NCBI GenBank assembly: GCA_951813615.1
Contig: OX638377.1
Span: forward strand, 4,762,505 to 4,826,504
Source: an uncultured Latescibacterota bacterium
GTDB lineage: Bacteria > Latescibacterota > UBA2968 > UBA8231
DNA: 64,000 bases
Direction: 5' to 3'
How positions within the stretch are numbered: the first letter of the stretch is position 1; every line of letters starts with the position of its first letter. The translations under genes and the position numbers were made by a program. This document shows positions 31,432 to 38,381 of this stretch, one piece after another. The notes beneath the pieces are model-generated. The model made no database searches, was not told where the DNA came from, and saw only the letters and a list, made by a program, of their open reading frames with translations.

Positions 31432-32094
31432 ATGCCATTCAAGATCGCCGACGATCCACAAACCGATTATCGAGAGCTCGTAAGAACCGCCTATAACCGG
31501 TGTGCGACGAATTACGCGGGGCAAAGACGTACCACGTCCGAGGCGGAGCTCAACTTGATAACCGAGCGTCTGGCACCTGATTCAAAAGTCCTCGACGTTG
31601 GATGTGGCGCTGGTATCCCAGTCGCCCAACATCTTGCAGGGACGTTCAGCCTCACCGGAATCGACATCTCCTCAAACATGATAGCTCTAGCGAAGGAAAA
31701 CGTCCCCACGGCCAAATTCGTCATCGCCGACGTAATGGAGACCGAATTCCCCGCAGGTAGCTTCGATGCAATTGTCAGTTTTTACGCCATCTTCCACATC
31801 CCAAGACAGGAGCATCTAAATCTCTTTCGTCGATTTGCACAGTGGCTTCGGCCCGGTGGCCTACTTCTGTTTACGATTGCTAGGAAAGACGACGGGCCTG
31901 GATATACTGAAGATGACTTCTTCGGCGAAACCATGTACTGGAGCAACTTCGGCCCCTCAACCTACGAGAAGTTTCTCACCGAGACTGGGTTTCAGATTGA
32001 ACGGGAAGGTATCGTAGGAGGAGGATTTGGAGGTATTGATGCACCGGAGGAGGTTCACCCATTTTTCTTCGCCGTCAAAAGAGAGAGCTTGTAG
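31432..32094 (+). CDS. Class I SAM-dependent methyltransferase
   Basis: VLDVGCGAG, GIDIS, SFDAIVS, LRPGG. Confidence 0.9.
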   Translation: MPFKIADDPQTDYRELVRTAYNRCATNYAGQRRTTSEAELNLITERLAPDSKVLDVGCGAGIPVAQHLAGTFSLTGIDISSNMIALAKENVPTAKFVIADVMETEFPAGSFDAIVSFYAIFHIPRQEHLNLFRRFAQWLRPGGLLLFTIARKDDGPGYTEDDFFGETMYWSNFGPSTYEKFLTETGFQIEREGIVGGGFGGIDAPEEVHPFFFAVKRESL

Positions 32095-32167
32095 ACTAGC
32101 AAGCGTTGTGAATTGAACACATTCGCCACAATCGGCGTACTCATTTATCTGGAAAGGTAGGCTACCA

Positions 32168-32566
32168 ATGCCGCTAACAGGTCGATGTCTTTGCGGGGCG
32201 GTCAGCTATACAAGCAACGCGGAGCCCCAATCTGTGACCTATTGCCACTGTGACGACTGCCGTAGGGTCACGGGCAGTGCTTTCAACGTTGGAGTCGGCG
32301 TACCAGCGTCCACATTTCAACTGAGCGGTAAAACCAAGGGATACGAATCTACGAACGACGAAGGCCATACAAAGATTCGCGAATTCTGCCCAGAATGTGG
32401 TTCACAATTGTTCACACGTTACCCGGACCTGGTGTTTATCAAGGCGGGCACCCTAGATCATTCCGAAGATCTGCGACCCACCCGAGAAATTTGGACTGAA
32501 ATGGCAGTCCCATGGTCCAAGATTCCTGACGGCCTAGATAAATTTCCCCGATCTTCGACAACTTAA
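32168..32566 (+). CDS. GFA/CENP-V family zinc-binding protein
   Basis: GRCLCGAV, CHCDDCR, FCPECGS. Confidence 0.92.
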   Translation: MPLTGRCLCGAVSYTSNAEPQSVTYCHCDDCRRVTGSAFNVGVGVPASTFQLSGKTKGYESTNDEGHTKIREFCPECGSQLFTRYPDLVFIKAGTLDHSEDLRPTREIWTEMAVPWSKIPDGLDKFPRSSTT

Positions 32567-32578
32567 CTGGGAAATCTA

Positions 32579-32998
32579 ATGCCAAACTGCGACTACAGTC
32601 TTACGTGGTATCACGGCTCTCAGCAAGAGTTGACGAAACTTCAGGTCGGTAGTTCGATCACACAGAATAGGAATGTGGCGAAAGCGTTCTCACATAGACC
32701 ATCACTTGTTTCTATGTCTGACGAAGGTGAGTCTCTATCTGACAAACTCAGGATTAAGCACAACGGTATGACGCCCGGTTATCTCTATGTCGTCTCCGAT
32801 GACATCGGTCCCGACGATGTGTATCCCCATCCCCACCCGGCAAATGCCGATCGCTGGGAGTGGCTGACTAACCGGGAATTGAAACTAAAACTCATCGAAC
32901 AGACTATCGCAACGGACGAAGAACGTCTGACAGACGAAGAAATCGCAGAGATAAAGCAGAAACAGAAGGAAAGAGGCGAGGAGTCATTCGCGGGGTGA
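32579..32998 (+). CDS. Hypothetical protein, possible ADP-ribosyltransferase fold
   Basis: WYHGS, GYLYVV and WEWL..REL pattern, reminiscent of H-Y-E/Arr-like ARTs. Confidence 0.55.
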   Translation: MPNCDYSLTWYHGSQQELTKLQVGSSITQNRNVAKAFSHRPSLVSMSDEGESLSDKLRIKHNGMTPGYLYVVSDDIGPDDVYPHPHPANADRWEWLTNRELKLKLIEQTIATDEERLTDEEIAEIKQKQKERGEESFAG

Positions 32999-33037
32999 TC
33001 CTACCAAAAGAAAAAAATAAATATAATGAGTGAACGT

Positions 33038-33074
33038 AAAACAGGGCCTCAAACCGAAGTTTGAGGCCCTGTTT
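33038..33074 (-). terminator. Intrinsic (probably bidirectional) terminator
   Basis: AAACAGGGCCTCAAAC-TTCG-GTTTGAGGCCCTGTTTT on the minus strand; cUUCGg loop. Confidence 0.85.
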
Positions 33075-33098
33075 CCCTAGCGCGTAGTACAGTAGTTG

Positions 33099-36000
33099 CT
33101 ACTTGAGCAGCAGCATCTTCTTGACTTCGCGGAACTCGCTACCCGCTTGCAGGCGGTAGAAATATATCCCCGACGACAAGCTGTGCCCACTGTCGTTGGT
33201 CGCCTCCCATTCCACCGCGTAGCGACCGGCGCTCTGATGCTCGGCAACCAGCGTCCGCACCGGCTGACCAACCACATTATACACGGTCAGTTCCACATCC
33301 GCCGCCTGCGGCAACGCATACTGGATCGTCGTCGCCGGGTTGAACGGGTTCGGGAAGTTGTCCGCCAGCGCAAAGGTGGCCGGCAGCGTCTGCAACGACA
33401 GCGACGCGCTCGCGCCGTTGGCGTCCGTAACCGCGTACGTATATGCGGTTTCGGCTGCCGCCTGCGGCGTACCCGCAATGGTCCGCGTGGCTGCGTCAAA
33501 CGCGAGGCCCGCCGGCAAGGCTGGCGACAGGCTATACGTCAGCGGGGCAGTGCCGCCCGATGCCTCCGGCAGCACAATGCCTTCCACGCGCTGGCCAACG
33601 ACGAATTCGCGAATTTCAACCAAGTCGTGCGAAGCCGTCGGCACGATCTTACCAGAAGGGAAAAGATTGAAGAAATCGTCAAAACTTATCCCCTGATTGA
33701 CCGTGATGGTGAAGGTCAACGCAGCGGCGTTCCCAGCGCTGTCGATCACCGTGTAGATGATGATCTGCGCGTCAGTCACTTCCGAAGGGGTGCCCGAAAC
33801 CGTCCGCGTGGCCGCGTCAAACGCCAAGCCGGCCGGCAGAGCCGAAAGGCTGTACCGCAGCGGAGCAGTGCCGCCCGAGGCCTCCGGCAGCACGAGAGGG
33901 GTAATCGGCGTGTTAGCAGTGTACGTTTGATTTGGGACTGCGATGCCGTCGGCGAAAGCGAGGGCCGAATCATCCGGCTCCGGCATCTCCGGCGTCTCTG
34001 CTTCGTCGCTCAGCGTGATCTCTGCTTCGCTCCCCGTCAATCCGTTAATCACACCGATCAGCTTGATGGTCTCGTTGCCCTCCGCTAGATCGTCGTCAAT
34101 TGCGTGGATCGAGAACTGCGTGGTCCCCTCTCTCGCGCCGGCTAGAATCGTAATCAGCGGATTGAATATCGCGGAGTAATCTACATCGCGCGTCGCTGTT
34201 GACGCATCACCAATGGCCACGATCACGGTTGCATTCTCTGTCAAGGTATCCCCGTTCAGCGTGGCGGTCACCGTAACGTCGGTTTGACCGCTTCCCTCGA
34301 CTATCGAGTCCGGAGCCACCGATAGCGTGATGGAGGTACTCGGCGTTTCGTCATCGACGATTTTGATGTCCCTCATTAGCGTCGCACCAGAGGCGAACGT
34401 AGCCCGCACGCCGATCGCTCTCAGGCCGTCCTCCTCAGTGTTGTTAATCGGGGTGAGCGTGAGGGTCGCCCTCCCAGTGGTAGTACCGACCGGAATGGTG
34501 ACGACCGCCCCCAAGGAGGCAATGTAGTCCACATCGCGCACGGCCGCCGTGCCTTCGCTTGGAGCTTCAAGCGTGAACGTCACGGTCTCGGCTACGACTC
34601 TGGCCGCCGGCAAGGTCACGGTCAACGAAACTGACGTCGTCCCAGCGTCCTCGCGAATTTCCGCCGGCGTCACCTCTAGCTGCACTTCCGCCTCTGGTTC
34701 CGGAGGCGTCACCTCACCATCACCCTCATCGACCGTAATGGTGAAGAGGGCCAACACAGTGACTTGCCTATCGTTGTCGACCACCGTGTAGATGATGAGG
34801 ATCTCGCCGTCGGTCGCCGCGGTAGGCGTGCCCGAAATCGTCCGCGTGGCCGCGTCAAACGACAAGCCCGCCGGCAGGCTCGAGACGCTGTACGTCAGCG
34901 GAGCAGCGCCGCCCGTTGCCTCCGGCAGCACCAAATCGGCAATCGCCGTGCCAACCGTGTACTCTTGGGCGGCGACCTCACCGGTAGTCGGGGTCGTCGG
35001 ATCCGTCGGCGTTGTTGGCTGCGTACCGTCGTCTGCATCTTTCAGCGTTATCGTCGCTCCGACTACATCCAGCACTTCTTCGACGTCGTCTTCATCTATA
35101 CCTGTGGGTTTACTCGCACTAGTCACGCCGATCTTCTCGGCCCCTTCCTCCTCGGCATCGGAGACGGGGGTGAGGGTGAACGTCACCGTCCCTGATACCG
35201 CGCCGCCCGGAATCACCAAGGTGCTCGGGAGGGATGCGTAGTCTATATCGCGCGTCGCAGCCACGTCAGGCGCCACCTCCGCTGTGCCATCGCCATCAAG
35301 ATCGTTACTAAAGGTCAAGGGCACGTACACGTTATCTTTGAACACCTTCCCGTTCAAGGTGCCGGTCACCGTGACCTCGATCTCACCATCACTCTCACTT
35401 ATCTCGTCCGGACTCACCTCTAGCGTGATCGAATCACTAATCGTGTCATCGTCGGTAATCAGGATGCCTGCATCGAGGGTTCTGCCTGCAACGTGCGCAA
35501 ACACCCTGAAAGCCCGGAGCCCATCTTCTCTGTTGTTGTTAATGGGAGTGACGGTCATCGTCGTCGTCCCTACGGTATCGCCCCTCGGGATGACGACAGG
35601 CCGCGCACTCACCTCGTAATCTATCCCGCGGTCCGCATCATCCGCATCAGCGAAACGGTCGTCGTCTGCCGCTAGTGCTCTTACGTCACTGTCGTCGTCC
35701 GCAAAAGTGAACAGCACCGTCTCGTCCGTCGTCAAAGCGTTCTGCAAGGAAACTTCCAGCGTGATCTCCTTCGCCCCAGCGTCCTCGCGGACCGAGGAAG
35801 GCATCGCTATGAGCCCCTTTATCGCCCTCTCAGGACCACCCGTTATCTGGATTCTACTCGGATTAACAGGTATGGGATCGACAGAGGGGGTTTGGGCCGT
35901 ACTCGTGGCGGAACCAGGTTCAAACAGGATATAGCCGGCTCCTTCGTTCTGGGGGGTGATGGTAATCGTCGTCGTCCCCGACACTTGGCGCCGTCGAATG

Positions 36001-37166
36001 GTTATCGATCCCAGTTCCCCCCTAGTAACATAATCTACATCGCGCATCGCTTTACCCGGAGCCGTCGTATTATTAATAAGCACGGGTAAGGTCACATGTT
36101 CTTCTAGCGTCTTTCCATTCAGGGTGGCGGTCACTTCAATCTCGGTTGTAGCATCGGTCTTAGCTAGAGTGGCATCCGAAAACGAGAGATTGATTGCCGT
36201 GCTCGCCTTGTCGGCGTCAACCAGCCGAATATCGGTTGACCCGCCAGTCTCGCCGGGGGTCCTGATCGTGACCAGCAGATCGTCGTCGGGGATTGTAGCG
36301 TGATTAGTATTGCGAATGGGGGTGAATCTGATCGTCCCCGTCGCCTCTTTCTCACCCTCCTCAATCGTGATCGGGAAAAATTCCATGCGGAAGCGACTAT
36401 TGTGCCCCGTCTGATTGGAGCCGAACCACAAGTTCACAGACTCGTCCTGTGTCACCTCCGTATCATCGCCAACTTTGACGTTCACCTCGATCTCGGTCGC
36501 ACGAGTAACGTCCTCGCGCACACTACTGGGATTCACCGACAGAATATAGTCCGGCTCTACCGCTATCTGCTTGGCGAAATACTCAATTTCATTATTACCA
36601 GTATCATCCGCATCAGCGACCGTCACAGCTATCTTTACCCAATAGAATCCCGCTTCCGTGCTCGGGCTCAAGGTCGAGTTCAGAAGATCAACAATATAGG
36701 TGGCTTTGCGGGTAGATGCAGTTATCGTCTCGGGAGCATCGAGAGTAGGGACAGGGCTCAACAAGCTTGTCGCGCCACCACCAGCACCTTGATCAATGAC
36801 AGCAGGAGTCTCCCCTTTATGAAACGTCAACGCGTATTCTGTGGCTTCCGCCCCATTTCCCATAGGAACCGCATCACTCATGGGCATGCCGAAATTCTTT
36901 GAATAAGATGTGCTCCAACTCACGAAAATCGAATCGGCTGTACCGACGGCTGGCTCGCCTCCAGCCGCTACTTCTCGCGTATCAAGTGCATAAGTTACCT
37001 GCAAATAGGGCTCAGTGGCATGCGTATGCGCTCCACTGTTATGGCCTGTCGGCAGAGGGTTTGCTGTATCAGCCACAGCCTCCCCGCTCCACCCCAGCAC
37101 CAAACCAACAGTCAGCAGCCAAGGCACATAGGCCAGCCGCCTCATTAACAACTTCGTGTGTGTCAT
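33099..37166 (-). CDS. Large exported multi-domain protein: signal peptide, Calx-beta-like repeats, three putative Ig (He_PIG-like) repeats, C-terminal FlgD-Ig/T9SS-type-A-like domain
   Basis: Signal peptide ending AVA, repeated V.P.S..E...ATRDVDY units, 3x LPEA.GG.APL.YS...LPAGL.FDAATRT..GTP, C-terminal NFPNPFNP...YFYRL...KKMLLLK. Confidence 0.85.
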   Translation of the reverse strand: MTHTKLLMRRLAYVPWLLTVGLVLGWSGEAVADTANPLPTGHNSGAHTHATEPYLQVTYALDTREVAAGGEPAVGTADSIFVSWSTSYSKNFGMPMSDAVPMGNGAEATEYALTFHKGETPAVIDQGAGGGATSLLSPVPTLDAPETITASTRKATYIVDLLNSTLSPSTEAGFYWVKIAVTVADADDTGNNEIEYFAKQIAVEPDYILSVNPSSVREDVTRATEIEVNVKVGDDTEVTQDESVNLWFGSNQTGHNSRFRMEFFPITIEEGEKEATGTIRFTPIRNTNHATIPDDDLLVTIRTPGETGGSTDIRLVDADKASTAINLSFSDATLAKTDATTEIEVTATLNGKTLEEHVTLPVLINNTTAPGKAMRDVDYVTRGELGSITIRRRQVSGTTTITITPQNEGAGYILFEPGSATSTAQTPSVDPIPVNPSRIQITGGPERAIKGLIAMPSSVREDAGAKEITLEVSLQNALTTDETVLFTFADDDSDVRALAADDDRFADADDADRGIDYEVSARPVVIPRGDTVGTTTMTVTPINNNREDGLRAFRVFAHVAGRTLDAGILITDDDTISDSITLEVSPDEISESDGEIEVTVTGTLNGKVFKDNVYVPLTFSNDLDGDGTAEVAPDVAATRDIDYASLPSTLVIPGGAVSGTVTFTLTPVSDAEEEGAEKIGVTSASKPTGIDEDDVEEVLDVVGATITLKDADDGTQPTTPTDPTTPTTGEVAAQEYTVGTAIADLVLPEATGGAAPLTYSVSSLPAGLSFDAATRTISGTPTAATDGEILIIYTVVDNDRQVTVLALFTITVDEGDGEVTPPEPEAEVQLEVTPAEIREDAGTTSVSLTVTLPAARVVAETVTFTLEAPSEGTAAVRDVDYIASLGAVVTIPVGTTTGRATLTLTPINNTEEDGLRAIGVRATFASGATLMRDIKIVDDETPSTSITLSVAPDSIVEGSGQTDVTVTATLNGDTLTENATVIVAIGDASTATRDVDYSAIFNPLITILAGAREGTTQFSIHAIDDDLAEGNETIKLIGVINGLTGSEAEITLSDEAETPEMPEPDDSALAFADGIAVPNQTYTANTPITPLVLPEASGGTAPLRYSLSALPAGLAFDAATRTVSGTPSEVTDAQIIIYTVIDSAGNAAALTFTITVNQGISFDDFFNLFPSGKIVPTASHDLVEIREFVVGQRVEGIVLPEASGGTAPLTYSLSPALPAGLAFDAATRTIAGTPQAAAETAYTYAVTDANGASASLSLQTLPATFALADNFPNPFNPATTIQYALPQAADVELTVYNVVGQPVRTLVAEHQSAGRYAVEWEATNDSGHSLSSGIYFYRLQAGSEFREVKKMLLLK

Positions 37167-37194
37167 TACTCTACCTCCCCAGGTTATGAGTAAT
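37165..37194 (-). promoter_or_regulatory. Leader hairpin covering the SD and start codon
   Basis: ATTACTC-ATA-ACCT-GGGG-AGGT-A-GAGTAAT(G); second copy at 37441-37470. Confidence 0.6.
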
Positions 37195-37215
37195 TACAGA
37201 TGATTTAAGATGTGA

Positions 37216-37252
37216 GAGCTAGGGCCCCGCCTCGAATTGGAGACCCTAGCTC
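37216..37252 (-). terminator. 3' hairpin of the remnant gene (same family as the 33038 hairpin)
   Basis: GAGCTAGGG...CCCTAGCTC stem; lacks a U-tract. Confidence 0.55.
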
Positions 37253-37268
37253 GCGAACTCGCTGCGTG

Positions 37269-37368
37269 CTTACTTGAGCAGCAGCATCTTCTTGGTTTCG
37301 AGAAACTCACCGCCTGCCTCCAAGCGGTAGAAATACATCCCCGAAGACAAACTGTGACCGCTGTCGTT
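37269..37368. repeat. 100-bp direct repeat, copy 1 (copy 2 at 38381-38480)
   Basis: CTTACTTGAGCAGCAGCATC...GACCGCTGTCGTT; one mismatch by manual alignment. Confidence 0.9.
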
Positions 37369-37442
37369 GGCCGCGTACTGACCGACGATATTATGGACAG
37401 TCAACTTCACGTCCGTCGCATCAATAACTCTGTGTGTAGCAT
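37270..37442 (-). pseudogene. Collapsed chimeric remnant of an exported-protein gene
   Basis: Starts MLHTELLMRR (cf. MTHTKLLMRR at 37166), then jumps out of frame into DVKLTVHNIVGQYAANDSGHSLSSGMYFYRLEAGGEFLETKKMLLLK*. Confidence 0.88.
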
Positions 37443-37496
37443 TACTCTACCTCCCCAAGTTAAGAGTAATTCTATAGGTTAGTTCAAATATAGCTA

Positions 37497-37563
37497 ACAG
37501 GGCCTCAAATTTCAATCAGAGGCCCTATCTTTACAAACGCGCTGTGCAGCGAGTGCTACTCGA
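37497..37563 (-). terminator. 3' hairpin and orphan 3' UTR homologous to that of the 33099 gene
   Basis: ACAGGGCCTCAAA...GAGGCCCT...CGCG...TGCTACTCGA aligns with 33041-33106. Confidence 0.6.
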
Positions 37564-37569
37564 CGAGGA

Positions 37570-38004
37570 TCACAATGCCTCAATTCGATATACGTGCCGC
37601 TGGCCAATAAGTGACACAACGCTTGTTGGGCGATCGACAATTACTGCAAATAGCTCCAGAATATCCCGCCCCAAAACACTCATATCAAGTGCCTCAAACT
37701 GAGTGAAGGCAGCATACTCGCCGCGAAATGCAACGGTCCTGCCCCCATCTCGCTTAAGGCGAATCTGCGTCGCGACCGTCACAGACTCTGCAATTCCCCC
37801 GACACCGCCGATATTCATCTGAGTTGGAGCTTGCGGAAAGCCGAGGATCTCAAAGATAGCTGCGCTGAAAACGGTGCGGTCCGCACCTGTATCCACCAAA
37901 AACGGAGCAGGTTCCCATACCCCGCTGGCGGCCTGGATCGCACCGCGGATCACAGGGCGCACTATGCCGTCGTCATATGCGTACCATTCGCCATCGATGC
38001 GCAT
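37570..38004 (-). CDS. Retropepsin-like (clan AA) aspartyl protease
   Basis: FLVDTGADRT catalytic motif, GGVGG flap, VLGRDIL. Confidence 0.87.
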   Translation of the reverse strand: MRIDGEWYAYDDGIVRPVIRGAIQAASGVWEPAPFLVDTGADRTVFSAAIFEILGFPQAPTQMNIGGVGGIAESVTVATQIRLKRDGGRTVAFRGEYAAFTQFEALDMSVLGRDILELFAVIVDRPTSVVSLIGQRHVYRIEAL

Positions 38005-38290
38005 AAATGCGCGCTACCTTGTCTTTTGGTATATACTGGACGAAACGGCCTTTATCCTCAGGGTGCACGGCTGTCGCCAGTGCAAGAGCTTCCTTAGCTG
38101 TAGCAGCTTCAAAGAGTTCCTCGCCGGCAATACATATACACCGGCCTCGATACTTAGCATAAATCTCTGAAGCATGGACCTGTAGCCAAGCTGCATTGCG
38201 GTCGAATTGCTCGCGCTGCGCCTTGGCTTCCGCAAGTTGGGTCGAATCCGTTATCTCCTCAATGACGATCGGAGGAAACTGTTCGCTCAT
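37973..38290 (-). CDS. Small DUF5678-like protein
   Basis: N..WL....EIY.KYRGRCICIAGEELF pattern. ATG 38290 follows GAAGGAG. Overlaps the protease gene by 32 nt. Confidence 0.65.
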   Translation of the reverse strand: MSEQFPPIVIEEITDSTQLAEAKAQREQFDRNAAWLQVHASEIYAKYRGRCICIAGEELFEAATAKEALALATAVHPEDKGRFVQYIPKDKVARIYAHRWRMVRI

Positions 38291-38381
38291 GGTCTCGGTC
38301 TCCTTCGGAAAGGAAAGCCCCGGCCAGCACGCCAGCCGGGGCAAAAGAAAAAACCCAACCTTTCAACAGGTCAGTGACCAC

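Noticed and set aside
30654-33037. Intact integron
   Set aside because: No integrase and no RYYYAAC...GTTRRRY palindromic attC found. Some spacers (12 nt) are too short.
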